Shown: positions 38,722 through 51,727 of the stretch, piece by piece | Layout of the letters: each line of letters opens with the position of its first letter | Position numbering within the stretch: position 1 is the stretch's first letter | Assembly (NCBI RefSeq): GCF_006345805.1 | Contig: NW_021833289.1 | Location: 13,729 to 77,728 of the forward strand | DNA length: 64,000 nt | Direction of reading: 5' to 3' | Origin: Octopus sinensis | Lineage: Eukaryota | Notes under the pieces: generated by a model | Database searches by the model: none | Seen by the model: only the letters and a program-made list of their open reading frames with translations | Told to the model about the DNA's origin: nothing | Program-made: the position numbers and the translations under genes

Positions 38722-38732
38722 GTATATGTATA

Positions 38733-38772
<40 letters not shown>

Positions 38773-38777
38773 GTATA

Positions 38778-38818
<41 letters not shown>

Positions 38819-38960
38819 ATATATATATATATATATATAGTATATATAATATATAGTATATATAGTATATATATATTATATATATATATATATATATATG
38901 GAGAGAGAGAGAGATGTGTACATATATATACACACACATACCTATATACCTATATATATG
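38320..38960. repeat. Long degenerate (AT)n microsatellite
   Basis: Directly visible; explains the IYIY ORFs. Confidence 0.95.
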
Positions 38961-39282
38961 TATGTATAATGAGGGTATATTAACATTAATTACTGCTACA
39001 GTCTGTCAGTGCAGTGTTAGTTTAAACAGCTGCGGAAGACTTGCAGAGGCCAACGATAACCTGTATCTTACCTAGGCGCTAGGCCAGTTATCCAAAGGCG
39101 AGTGGAGTGTGTGTGTGTTTGTCTGTGTGTGCACTGGAGTCGATCTAATTGACTGCTCCCCGCCCCCCACCCAAATTGCAGGCCTTGTGGCTAGAGTAGA
39201 AAAGATTATATATGTAGTATTAGACAGAACGCTTACGGAATTAATGTACAAGTGGCTGAGCACTCCACAGACACGCATACAA

Positions 39283-39612
39283 GTGTCTTCTACTACAGCC
39301 TCGGGTCGACCAAAGCCTTGTGAGTGGATTTGGCAGACGGAAACTGAAAAAAGCTCGTCGTATATAAATGTATATATATGTATGTGTGTGTGTGTATATG
39401 TTTGTTTGTCTGTGTTTGTTCCCCCAACATTGCTTGACAACCGATGTTGGTGTGTTTGCATCCCCGTAACTTAGCAGTTTGGCAAAAGAGACTGATAGAA
39501 TAAGTACTAGGCTTGCAAAGAATAAGTCCTGGAGTCAATTTCCTCAACTAAAGGCGGTGCTCCAGCATGGCCACAGTCACATGGCTGAAACAAGTAAAAG
39601 AGTAAAGAATAA
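39283..39612 (+). mobile_element. SINE family A lacking its head
   Basis: Body and tail match. Confidence 0.75.
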
Positions 39613-39927
39613 AGATATTTTCTGCAGACTGCCGAGAACATCAAGAAATCAGCTGGTAAAACTTTGACTGTTGCCATACCGAAAGATTGCCAAACAGAAC
39701 GAGAATTTTGAAAGAATCTATCAAACGGTAATTTCAGTTGTTTAAAATGTAAAAACGAATATTTTTTTTGTTTTTTAATCGAAGAAAAGTATAATGGAAT
39801 TAAAAATATTTTATTTTGCTCACTCTCAGTCGCAACACCATAATATTTACGCAGCACTGTATCAGAAGTAAAACCTTATATTTATTTCAATTTTTTTTTG
39901 GTCTTGAGTTGGTGATGAAAATATGGG

Positions 39928-41348
39928 GTAAGACTTCTGCCCCCCCACAAAAAAAACCCCACCCTTTGAAAAAAAATTTTTCTATTTCAACACAAACCCT
40001 GCTTTTTAGCTACAGGGAATACGAATCTGCAAAAAAATTGGCAAAAATCGACATTTCTAAATTACCACCCACACCCCCATTTCCTTCATTTTTAACTTTT
40101 TTCACAATTTTTTTTTTTAAATATGCGGAAAAAATACAGACATCATGATTTGGACAAAAATTTCAAAACATTTCTGTACTTATGGTTACGGGGTTAGGGT
40201 TTTAGGGTTAGTGTTGGAGAAAAAAGTCAAAATTGAAGAAGGTGGGGAAGGGGGGAAAAAATTTCACAATGCCAATTTTTGGCAATTTTCCGGAACCTCC
40301 GTATCCGAAAACAGGTATTTTTGGCAAAAAAAAAAATTACAAACATAAACAAATTTGGGAGAAAATGGGGGTAGGATGGGAGTGGAAGTCTTTCCAAATA
40401 TGGTTAGTGAAAATCATTTTGGTGAGAATTGTTAATATAAATCAGGTGTTAATACATTCTTGTTGCTTTTCTTTTTTTCTCTTAATTTAATTTTTGTGTT
40501 GTAGAGAATGGCAAAAATATGAAGAAGAAAAAACACGAAAAATAACAAAAAATAGATTAATCGCGAAATATACAATTAAGGGTGGTGGGGGGGGGGTAAG
40601 AATTTTCTTTCTTTTTAAATGCGAATTTCATGCGTTTCAGAATTGTGGAATATAATAAAATGACGAAAAATAAGGAAAAAAAAAACCCAATCTCTTACTC
40701 ATTGTTTTGAAAAATGTGACAGAAAATTTTGGAAAAATCCCAAAACTGACAGACATTCCGAAAGTCCTGTTCTGTGACGAGACTTTACTGTTTAAAGACT
40801 TTCATAGATTAAAAGTGCACAGCCTGCTCCGATTTATGGTAGTCTGCTGAGGTCGTTGAGAGTGAGGTATGGGAAAGACTTCCGCCCGTCCCCACCCCCC
40901 ATTTTCTCCCGAATTTGTTTATTTTTGTAATTTTTTTTTTTTCCAAAAATCCCCGTTTTCGGATACAGAGGTTCTGGAAAATTGCCAAAAATCAGCATTG
41001 TGAAATTTCACCCCTTCCCCCAACTTCTTCAATTTTGAGTTTATTCCCCCAACACTAACCTTAAAACCCTAACCTTAACCCTAAAACCCTGACCCTAACA
41101 CTAAAACCGTAACCATAAGATACTGAAATGCTTTGAAATTTTTGTCCGAATCATGATGTCCATATTTTTCCGCATATTTAGAAAAAAATAATTGTGAAAA
41201 AAAGTTTAAAATGAAGGAAATAGGGGTGGGGGTGGTAATTTAGAAATGTTGATTTTTGCCAATTTTTTTGCAGATTCATATTCCCCGTAGCTGTAAAGCG
41301 AGGTTTGTGTCGAAAAAATTTTTTTTTTAAGGGTGGGGTTTTGGGGGG
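39928..41348. mobile_element. Two ~470-bp MITE-like units in inverted orientation (39928-40394, 40871-41348) containing TTAGGG-like repeats
   Basis: Units are diverged reverse complements; each is bounded by AAGACTTC...GAAGTCTT. Confidence 0.7.
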
Positions 41349-41656
41349 GGGGGTGCAGAAGTCTTGCTGAGGTATGTTTATACCTCGATATTGGTCTACA
41401 AGGTGTTTGTATGACAAAACACCTCGTTCACACTTTTTTTCAGCCCAGCTTCTTTATCTGTTTATGAGGGATGGTTGTATGGGAAAATGATGTCGTATAC
41501 CAATACCGAAGGATTGCCCTAGTGACGTTTTATATTTAAATATCATATATAAATGATGTGCACATACACAATATATGTGGTTGACATGCAGTTTACCGGC
41601 GCAAAAAAAGTGAAAGTAAATGGTCCTAAAACACTGGAAGGGACGTTAGTCACATA

Positions 41657-41714
41657 CAGTGATCCCTCGATACTTTGCAGTTCAACTATCGCAGATTCAT
41701 GACTTCGCAGATTT

Positions 41715-41756
<42 letters not shown>

Positions 41757-42494
41757 CGTCTAAAACTTTTCATTAAATCCATTAAAATATTAATAATAAA
41801 TATTATTTCCTAGTCTAGGAACAACAAAACAAGCGTAAAATAGCCAAAAAGCATATACAGGGGTATTTGAACTTCAGACGGGCTGTAATTGGTGCAATGG
41901 AGAGAGACGACGAATCACAGCTTTCTATTTTGTAATCTGGCCTGTGTAACAGTAACAATCTTTATTTTTTTAAATCTAAAGGGTTACTGCTTAACAGTTG
42001 TCCTTGTTATTAATAGACTAGTGTAATGGGAGGGTTGTTAACAGTACAGGGAGGGTTTTAAAGTCCAAATACATGTTAAATAAATACTGTAAATATGGAC
42101 TTGTGCCGGTGGCACATAAAAAGCACCATCCGAACGTGGCCGATGCCAGCGCCGCCTTGGCTGGCTTCCGTGCCGGTGGCACGTTAAAAGCACCAACCGA
42201 TCGTGGCCGATGCCAGACTCCCCTGGCACCTGTGCAGGTGGCACGTAAAAAGCACCCACTACACTCGCAGAGTGGTTGGCATTAGGAAGGGCATCCAGCT
42301 GTAGAAACACTGCTAGATCAGACTGGAGCCTGGTGCAGTCCCTGGCTTCCCAGACCCCGGTCGAACCGTCCAACCCGTGCTAGCATGGGAGATGGACGTT
42401 AAACGATGATGATGATGGTGTCCCTACTTCGCGGAAATTCAGTTATCGCGGCCGGTCTCAGAACCAATCTACCGCGATAAACGAGGGATCACTG
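41657..42494. mobile_element. pogo/Tigger-type non-autonomous transposon with a nested family C copy (42100-42417)
   Basis: TA|CAGTGATCCCTCG ... CGAGGGATCACTG|TA. Confidence 0.85.
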
Positions 42495-42573
42495 TACCAA
42501 CATTTGATAAAAGGAATTATAAAGAATTGCGGCCCCGATTGCACTCGCAAAAACACTTCAGCTCATTATAAAG

Positions 42574-42839
42574 CAGTGGTTCCAAAACTTTTAGGGGCTG
42601 CTCCCCCCCCCACCGTTGATACTCGACCCACATTTATAGCGCCCCCACCCCAGTCAGCATCACTTCCTGCAGATTTTCAAAACAACAGTATTTCACAAAT
42701 AACCTAATTATCCCATTATTTTCTTCAATCGCCCCCCCTTTTGGCCACCCTATTATTGCCCCCACTTTCCTTCAACGGCCCTCTTGATCTTTCCGCCGCC
42801 CCCAGAGGGGCAGTACTGTCCCACCTTTGGGAACCACTG
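42574..42839. mobile_element. hAT-type MITE
   Basis: TIR CAGTGGTTCC...GGAACCACTG; exact 8-bp TSD TTATAAAG at 42566-42573 and 42840-42847. Confidence 0.9.
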
Positions 42840-43027
42840 TTATAAAGCATCGCATGTTGCCAGGAACACTTTTGATATCCAATACGGGACTTTCGGTAAC
42901 TTCTATATTCTTGGAATTGTCAATTATTCCCTCAATTTTGTTGATCCAAACGTTGACAGTTTCCATAGAAGGTTTCCGGGATGGTCGCCAAAAGAGTAAG
43001 TTAAGCGAAAGTATTGGGTTGTCCGTC

Positions 43028-43040
43028 GTCACTTCCGGGT
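43028..43040 (-). promoter_or_regulatory. ETS + CRE half-site composite motif (CCGGAAGTGACG), possible promoter element
   Basis: Plus strand CGTCACTTCCGG in CpG-rich unique DNA; motif match only. Confidence 0.25.
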
Positions 43041-43077
43041 TTTAAGGACAATTAACGATGTTAAGCTGTATGTTATA

Positions 43078-43478
43078 TCTTTATATATAAAACTGTTGTT
43101 GTGTGAGTGTCTGTCCCCTTCGATTTAGATTCCTAACTACTCCCACATTTTGCGGTGCAGTTTAACCAAAACCGGGTATCTTATAGTCGTGATTCATATC
43201 AAGCCCTTCTGGGTATTAGCGCGCGTCTACGATGAGTCTACGATTTAAAAAAAAATTTACCATAATTTTTTTCCATTTTAAAGCATTTTTTCGCTATTAT
43301 ATAAGGGAAGTAACTCTCTAAAAATGTCTACGATGAGTCAACGATTTAAAAAAAAATTTTCCATCATTTTTTTCCATTTTTAATGCATTTTTTTGCTATT
43401 TTTTGGCTATAACTCTCTAAAAATGCTTATATAGTTATTTCCCTTACAAACCCGAGCAACGCCGGGCGATACTGCTAG
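43078..43478 (+). mobile_element. Non-autonomous Helitron (subfamily H1)
   Basis: A|TC start, hairpin CCCGAGCAACGCCGGG, CTAG|T end. Confidence 0.85.
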
Positions 43479-44090
43479 TAGATATATACAATACTCATGA
43501 ATGATATATAAATCGTTATTTTAATCTAATGCTGTCTCAAATATGTCTATCGATATACATATCTGAGACAACATTAGATATAAGTCTAGAAAGTGTGACC
43601 ACCCCCACTGACTTCGTTTTCGGCATAGCTACAGCCGTGTGCTTCAGCCATCAACTTTATTTCCTCATAACTTTCTGAAAAGAGGATATTTCTAAATACA
43701 ATTCCGAAACGATTGTAACCAACACCATCGAAAACGTGTTGATAGAAAACTTTATTATGCAAACAACAAAATATGCTTCAACACACGAACTCATATAAAG
43801 AATCTTGCAAACCAAATTCAAAATATTTTTCTTAAAGTTATAAGGAAACAAAATTGATCTGTGTGAATTTCGATATGACCCTTACCTCATATAATTCAAT
43901 ACCTCCTGAACCTATACCAGTTAAAATGTATCTCTGGAAAGTTTCATTAAAAAAAAAATGCATTTTCAGAAAGTTATTAAGAAAGAAAGTCGGGACACAC
44001 ATCTGTAGTTATGCCTAGGTAGGTTATAAAAAGACCCTAGATTATTTATAATGCGAAACGTTGTTCGCTATAGGAATATCTCAGAGTCTT

Positions 44091-44324
44091 TAAGGGCGGC
44101 GAGCTGGCAGAAACGTTAGCACACCGGGCAAAATGCTTTGCAGTATTTCGTCTGCCGCTACGTTCTGAGTTCAAATTCCGTCGAGGTCAACTTTGCCTGT
44201 CATCCTTTCGGGGTCGATTAAATAAGTACCAGTTACGCACTGGGGTCGATATAATCGACTTCATCCGTTTGTCTGTCCTTGTTTGTCCCCTCTATGTTTA
44301 GCCCCTTGTGGGTAGTAAAGAAAG
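44091..44324 (+). mobile_element. SINE family B, full length with 15-bp TSD
   Basis: ATATCTCAGAGTCTT at 44076-44090 and 44325-44339. Confidence 0.9.
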
Positions 44325-45239
44325 ATATCTCAGAGTCTTCCCTTTAAAGACTGTGGGTTAAAAAAGAACAAAACCAGCCTGCTCCGAATGATGACGGTCC
44401 GCTGACCGTCGCTGAGAACAAACTGTATTTTTAACAACAAAGTCTTTAAATAGGAGCTTCTCTGAGACAAATTCCTACAGCTAGTATCGTTTTATGTTTG
44501 GACATACACTGTATATAAATGATAGATATTATACATAAATTGTGTACACTATATAAATGATATAAATTGTTATTTTAATCTAATGCTGTCTCCTAGAGCA
44601 TATATCGATCTAACTTTTCCTATGTTACAGACGTGTAGTCACCACGGAATATTTCATGAGAAGTTGTGAGATCTATTATTATTCGTGGTAACTGTTTTAG
44701 TTGAGAGTTAACAACTGCTGTCTTTGTAAAACTTAAAAATACGAATGTAATTACAATTTAATTAATATGTGTTGTGTATAGGCGGTAATTAGATTTAAAT
44801 CATGGTAATACATCGTAATCAAATTTCTCTGGTTTGTCTATTCTGTGTAATTGAGTAATTAATACCGAGAAATTTGGGATTTACCACAGAAGCAGTCTTT
44901 TTCATATTTTTCCGGTGACATATTTTAAAAAAAATGATCTAGAATTAGTTCTCAGAATCACATGATAATAAATTATACTTCCCTGCGAAAAGCCGGGATG
45001 GTCATGTCAAGAAAATCTTTGGTCATAGGTCTGCTCAATGAGGGCCGACTTGGAGTTAATTAACAACACCCACAATGATAAAACTATAAAAGTAAAACAG
45101 GGAACCTCAACGCAGTCATTGTTTACTGGAAATAGCAGCCAAATCTCCCTCAATCATACACTACTGTCTTAAAAACAAAAAGACACGTTCGAAGATATGG
45201 TTCGTGGGTTCACTGTGCATAGGTCAGGTCGCTCTTGAA

Positions 45240-45870
45240 CGTTACTGGTAACATGTAACCCAGCACAACCTGTCGCATGGTCGGGTCGTCGGGGACTAAA
45301 CTGGTAACCCCATCAAGCTTGCTTGGTGAGGAGGGTGATTGTTGGACACCCTGCAGGACGAAGAATAAGACCCATCAAAGGGCAGAAGACCTACTGTGTA
45401 GTCAATGGCCAATTCAACAAGAACCTTGTCGTGGTGAAGTGCCTATGTGATCCATTGACCCGGAGAGATATGCTTGGAGGGAGAGAATTTTCCAGGCAGG
45501 TCTTACCAGGCCAGACAGGTCGAAGGGTAGGAGACAGACAAAACCTTAACGACAATAAATCGAAGCGTCAGCTGCAGGTCGCGGATTTAGTTATCGGCAG
45601 GGGACCCAACAGGTCAGATTCCTGGCTTTGAACCAGCAGGATGTCATGCAGAGGATCTTGAATACAAGGCAATGGATGAGACCCTAATATTCCTAGATAA
45701 ATGGAAACTGCGGGACCACATGGAGCAGCGATCTGTGACTCGTATAGTATGCGCAACCGAAACCCCTACTGGGGCGTCCTATGGGACGACCTAGATGAGA
45801 CACTACGCATTAGAAGAAAGACGAGACGATCAAGGCTGGTATATCTTTCGTTATAAGTCTGTTCAATTTG
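45240..45870 (+). mobile_element. Probable 5'UTR/5' end of an RTE-clade LINE
   Basis: GC-rich; CCAGGCCAGACAGGTCGAAGGGTAGGAGACAGAC resembles RTE 5'UTR motifs as I recall them; no intact ORF. Confidence 0.45.
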
Positions 45871-45912
45871 GACAGGCCTGGGACTCAGCGACAATAAACT
45901 ACATACACGTGT

Positions 45913-46128
45913 ACTCTTTACTCTTTTACTTGCTTCAGTCATTTGACTGCGGCCATGCTGGAGCACCGCCTTTAATCGAGCAACTCGACCCCGGGACTTA
46001 TTCTTTTGTAAGCCCAGTACTTATTCTATCGGTCTCTTTTGCCGAAGCGCTAAGTAACGGGGACATAAACACATCAGCATCGGTTGTCAAGCAATGCTAG
46101 GGGGACAAACACAGACACACAAACACAC

Positions 46129-46176
<48 letters not shown>

Positions 46177-46318
46177 GGCTTCTTTCAGTTTCCGTCTACC
46201 AAATCCACTCACAAGGCTTTGGTCGGCCCAAGGCTATAGTAGAAGACACTTGCCCAAAGTGCCAGGCAGTGGGACTGAACCCGGAACCATGTGGTTGGGA
46301 TGCAAGCTACTTACCACA
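45913..46318 (-). mobile_element. SINE family A
   Basis: Near full length, CpGs retained. Confidence 0.85.
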
Positions 46319-46686
46319 ACTTTTCTGAACCAAGGAATCCATTACAATATAAAAGTCTATTTTGTTTTTCTAAAAATATTCCAACCTTTCTCAACCCGTA
46401 ACTTTTTTTTTAAATATTTTCTGGAAAAGGTGAATTATCTTCTGAATTATCTTCCAAGTTGAAGAAATTTTAGAATTTCCCCCGAAACTTGGAATTTTCA
46501 GCAGGTGCAGTCAAACAGAGAAGATCCCCAATTCCTTCGTTTTCCTCCAAGAAGTCAACTCTCCTTTTCAATATTTTCAATGATTTCTTCCTCTCGCTCG
46601 TACCTCTATTGTCTCTACTCACAAATATCCAAACGGAGATTCTTCGTCATCCCACCGCAACGCTACGAAGGCAATCGTTTTATATA

Positions 46687-47235
46687 TCTCTCTCTATATA
46701 AAGCTGAAGTTGTCTGTATGGCCGGTTTGGTAGACTTCAACTAACACCATCTCCTCCGAGACCCTGCGGCACAAGTTGACCAAAATTGAGAGTATGATAG
46801 AAGAAGGCTTGCTCTTCCTTCCGTAGAAGAAAAAATTCAAATCGGACCATGTTAACAAGCTGAAGTTGTCTGTGTATGGCAGGTTTGGTTGACTTCAACT
46901 AACACTATCTCCTCCGAGACCCTGCGGCGCAAGTTGACCAAATTTGAGAGTATGGTAGAAGAAGGCTTGCTCTTCCTTCCGTAGAAGAAAAAATTCAAAT
47001 CGGACCATGTTAACACAAAAAATTATTTACATCAAAAAGGTGCTTTTTTTCTATGAAAATCCCTATTTCTTTACGATTTTTTTACTGCTGTGTCGCCACT
47101 TTTTGGTGTATTTCAACCAGAAAAATGTTCACTTAAAGAGAATAACAAGCTACAAAATGCCAAATTTTCACTTTTCAAAAATTCCAATTCTAAAGGATCG
47201 AAACAAACCCGAGCAACGCCGGGCGATACTGCTAG
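46687..47235 (+). mobile_element. Non-autonomous Helitron (subfamily H2) with an internal ~156-bp tandem duplication
   Basis: A|TC ... CTAG|T; 46701-46856 is repeated at 46857-47014. Confidence 0.85.
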
Positions 47236-47605
47236 TTATTATATATAATCACAAACCACTTCAAATATGTTTGAGGCATTTCGAACCCATAAGAAAGCCA
47301 CGGAGTAGAGAAATTTTCTCCCTACGCAAAAGTTTTTCCATCGCAAAATACAGCGACTGGCTTTCTTACGGGTCCAAGCATATTTGAACTGGTAACAAGT
47401 TTGTAATTATGGACATCACTCATTTACTAAGCAGTGTCATCGCGTACAATATAATAATATAAATATTTGCTTCTCAACGATATAGTTCCGGGTTCAGAAC
47501 TACTGCGTAGAAGGCACCGTGGGAGAATATTTACTGCAACAGGTTCGGGCCGACCAAAGAAGCCTCATGAGTGTATTTAGTAGAGGGAAACTGAAAGTAT
47601 ATATA

Positions 47606-47644
<39 letters not shown>

Positions 47645-47692
47645 ATAGACTTCACTGAAATTTAGATATATACATTGCGAGTCGAGAAAAAT

Positions 47693-47740
47693 ATCGTCAG
47701 CTGACGAAGGACAATCATCCTGAAACACGTGTCCCTAGAT
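47693..47740 (+). ncRNA. Minimal type I hammerhead motif, intact core, weak stem I
   Basis: CTGACGA AGGA-caatca-TCCT GAAA C-ACGT-G TC (47701-47733). Confidence 0.65.
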
Positions 47741-47909
47741 GCAGCCCCGGGCGGCTGGGGGGGGGGTTGTTGTCTCCCCTTCGTAAATGTATATAAGGAC
47801 ACAGGAAAAATGTGTCAAAGCCATCAGGAAGCGTCGATGCTTCCTAGGGCTAAACAGCGGTGGTGTAACCCCCTACTGTCACGTTCACGTTAGATTGACA
47901 GTATACAAC

Positions 47910-47953
<44 letters not shown>

Positions 47954-48048
47954 GAATAAGATCGTTAATTTAAAAATAAAATAACGATTTTATCAAGTGG
48001 TCAGCATGGAAAAAATAATCTTCAAAGGTAATAATTATTTTAAATTAT

Positions 48049-48330
48049 AAATAATAATAATAAATTAGGGTATCTACGAGATACCACCATGCTGAAAATA
48101 GCAGCCATGATCTGACTCTAAAACCACTTTAATTGTCCATATAGCAACACGGAGAGAAAATAAAGAGAGACAAGATGAAACTACAGCAATTTTTTACTAG
48201 TTTCATCTTGTCTCTTTGTCTTTTCTCCGTGTTGATATTTGGACAATTAAGGTGGTTTTAGAGTCAGATCATGGCTGCTATTTTCAGCATGGTGGTATCT
48301 CGTAGATACCCTAATTTATTATTATTATTT
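48049..48330. repeat. Imperfect inverted repeat, ~134-bp arms, 14-nt loop
   Basis: 48049-48183 pairs with 48198-48330 with a few mismatches. Confidence 0.9.
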
Positions 48331-48835
48331 CCTGAAGAAATCAAGTGGTGGTGTGTAGTTGAAGATAAGGTGTCTCCGCCGACTGATTTATTTCGTAAAA
48401 AATAAAAAAAAAACAGAAATGCAAATTTGGAAATGACCTTTAGGAGAAGCAGTCGAAGAGGTCAACAGACTTAGTGGCGGGACAGATATTAGGAAAAACG
48501 AAGACGTGGGAGCTTGAGTAAGCAGCGCCGATTCTTTGCTGGAATTCAATGCGATCTTGTGTCCAAATGACCGTTTCTGCTTAAATAGAAACCTCATTAA
48601 TTCTGTCTTGGGGGAAAGAAAGAGAGAGAGAGAGAGACAGACAGACAGAAGCCTTCGGTTTATTTTTTATGCTGTTTTCTTTTTGTTTGTTTGTTTGAAA
48701 GAATAAATTCAAACCAGATGATTTTTGCTTTATTTCGAATATTAATATATTTACGTATGTCACGTTTTGCTATTTGTCTGTATGTATACATTTGTGTATG
48801 AATTTCTCTGAACCAAAGAATCTATTACATTCGCT

Positions 48836-49575
48836 GGAGTGGCTGTGTAGTAAGTAGCTTGCTTACCAACCACATGGTTCCGGGTTCATTCCCACTGCGT
48901 AGTACCTTGGGCAAAGTGTCTTCTACTATAGTTTCGGGCCGACCAAAGCCTTGTGAGTGGATTTGGTAGACGGAAACTGAAAGAAGCTCATCGTATATAT
49001 GTATAATATATATGTGTGTGTATATGTTTGTGTGTCTGTCCCCCAACATCGCTTGACAACCGATGGTGGTGTGTTTATGTCCCCGTAACTTAGCGGTTCG
49101 GCAAAAGAGACCGATAGAGTAAGTAATAGGCTTACAAAGAATAAGTCCTGGAGTCGATTTGCTCGACTAAAGACAGTGCTCCAGCATGGCCACAGTCAAA
49201 TGACTGTGAAAAGAGAGATCTTTTACTTGTTTCAGTCATTAGACTGCGGCCTTGAAGAAGTCTAGTCGAACGAATCGACTCCAGTACTTATTTTTGTATG
49301 TCTTTTGACGAACCGCTAAGTTACGGGGACGTAAACACAACAACACCGAATATAAAAACGACGGTGGGGGACAAACACAGACACACACATATATATAATT
49401 ATATGTGCGTGTGTATATACAACAGGCTTCTTTCAGTTTCCGTCTACCAAATCAACTCACAAGGCCTTGGTCGACCCGAGGCTGTAGTAGAAGACACTTG
49501 TCGAAAGCACCAAGCAGCGGGACTGAACCCGGAACCGTATTGCTAGGAAGAAAGCTTCTTACCACACAGCCATGC
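48836..49575. mobile_element. Tail-to-tail SINE A pair (+ 48836-49205, - 49220-49575)
   Basis: Family A head, body and tail in both orientations. Confidence 0.8.
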
Positions 49576-49597
49576 CTATATCTACATACACACGTGA

Positions 49598-49973
49598 CAC
49601 TCCGTCGGTTGCGACGAGGAGGGTTTCACTTGATCTGAATCAATGGAACAGCTTGCTCGTGAAATTAACGTGTAAGTGGCTGAGCACTCCACAGACATGT
49701 GTACCCTTAATGTAGATCTTGGGGGAGATTCAGCGTGACACAGAGTATGACAAGGCTGGCCCTTTTGAAATACAGGTACAACAGAAACAAGAAGGAGCGA
49801 GAGAAAGTTGTGGTTAAAGAATACAGTAGGGCTTGTCACAAACCCCTGCTGGAGCCTCGTGGAGCTTTAGGTGTTTTCACTCAATAAACACTCACAACGC
49901 TCGGTCTGGAAATCGAAACCACGATCCTACGACCGTGAGTCCGCTGCCCTAACCACTGGGCCATTGCGACACC
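49598..49973 (-). mobile_element. SINE family D
   Basis: Reverse complement of 10341-10720. Confidence 0.85.
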
Positions 49974-50429
49974 ACGGCTACATACATATATTATGTATCA
50001 GTGTATAAATCTTTTGTTTTAGTAGTTTCAGGCAATGGACTGTGGCCATGCTGGAGCACCACATTATTTTAATATAATTATTACCTTTTTCCATACCCCT
50101 GTTTTGAAGTTTTATGGTTGGAAGTTAGTCCATAATTGATTTTCCTTGTGTGTGTGTGTGTGTGTGTGTGTGTTTGAGTTTCGTTTTGTAGTACAAGAAT
50201 CTAGTTATATGGCAATATTCTTTGTAGACATTACTACAGTACTACTGAAACAGTTCCTTCCTCTCATTAGAGAATTCAATTAATCTCATTATTAGTTCTA
50301 GTCTACGAATACACGTTTCCTTTGTAAAACAACAAAAGTAGGTTGGCAGGTTTTTTATTCTTTTATGCTCGCTTTTACATTCACAGCACGTCTCGCTTCG
50401 TTCCAACAATATAATTTATTAGAAATTCG

Positions 50430-50472
<43 letters not shown>

Positions 50473-51199
50473 TATATAATGAAAATTTTAGTCGTTTAAT
50501 TAAGTGTTTTGTGCGACATTAAACGAAAGCAGACGTTTGTAGATCCGATTCCTTGGTAAAATATCTGACCCCGTTTTCATAAGACTTCTGTTTGAGCCCT
50601 AAAACTCAGAGGACCGAAACTTAAACCGGTTCCCATCGCGTATAAATGACTGAAATTACCATATTCCCATTCTACGTAGAACGAATGGAAACAAAAAAGA
50701 GGAAAAAAGAAGAAAAGAATGTTTCCAAGAAATATCGAAAATATCATATAGGCCATATTGTAAATGTTCAAATTGGCAGACATTTTTGTTTTTCATTGTT
50801 CATTTGCAACTGCAGTCAGCGCGATTACTTCATATATCGCCATCATCTGCTCTTTTCAAATTTGTGCTATTATCATTGCTAATGTTATCATCACAGCTGA
50901 TGTCATCAGCATTGCCAGTGTTATCACAATAACTGATCTGATATCATCTTTGCCGATGTTATCATTGCTGATTTCGTCATTAATGCTGATGTTATCACAA
51001 ATGCAGGATGAGGTCGTGTTTTTCTTCCTAATAGGGGATCCCAGCACTTTTATTTTTAACGATTTTGCCCCATAAAAGGCGTGAGAGTACTGTAAGGTAA
51101 GGCTCTACAAACAAAGAAAAGAAGGGGGTCAATAAATTCAAAAGATGTTGATTGATAGAAAGCATAAAGGATTTGAGAATCATAGACCAGAGGAAAACA

Positions 51200-51727
51200 A
51201 GACCATGCTTGCGGTGGAATTTGAACTCAGAATGTAAAACTGGAAGAAATTCTACTAAGCATTTTTGTCCGGCAAACAAACGATTCTTATTTCTTTACTA
51301 CCCACAAGGGGCTACGCACAGAGGGGACAAACGGCTACACACAGAGGGGACAAACAAGGACAGACAAACGGATTAAGTCGATTATATCGACCCCAGTGCG
51401 TAACTGGTACTTATTTAATCGACCCCGAAAGGATGAATGGCAAAGTCGACCTCTGCGGAATTTGAACTCAGAACGTAAAGACAGACGAAATACCTATTTC
51501 TTTACTACCCACAAGGGGCTAAACACAGAAAGGACAAACAAGGACAGACAAACGAATTAAGTCGATTATATCGACCCCAGTGCGTAACTGGTACTTATTT
51601 AATCGACCCCGAAAGGATGAAAGGCAAAGTCGACCTCGGTGGAATTTGAACTCAGAACGTAACAGCAGACGAAACACCGCTAAGCATTTCGCCCGGCGTG
51701 CTAACCTTTCTGCCAGCTCGCTGCCTT
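51200..51727 (-). mobile_element. SINE family B, tandem copies
   Basis: Core repeated with an ~190-bp period. Confidence 0.8.

Noticed and set aside
45245-45310. Possible HDV-like ribozyme at the putative RTE 5' end
   Set aside because: I could not assemble a consistent P1-P2-P3-P1.1-P4 nested pseudoknot by eye; a descriptor search (RNArobo/RNAMotif) would be needed.
48388-48597. Protein-like frames on both strands (e.g. TVIWTQDRIEFQQRIGAAY..., GEAVEEVNRLSGG...)
   Set aside because: Both end in early stops and neither is recognised; cannot be supported without expression data.
50764-51075. 103-aa hydrophobic ORF resembling a membrane protein
   Set aside because: Built from degenerate ATC/GCT/GAT low-complexity repeats; no family recognised.
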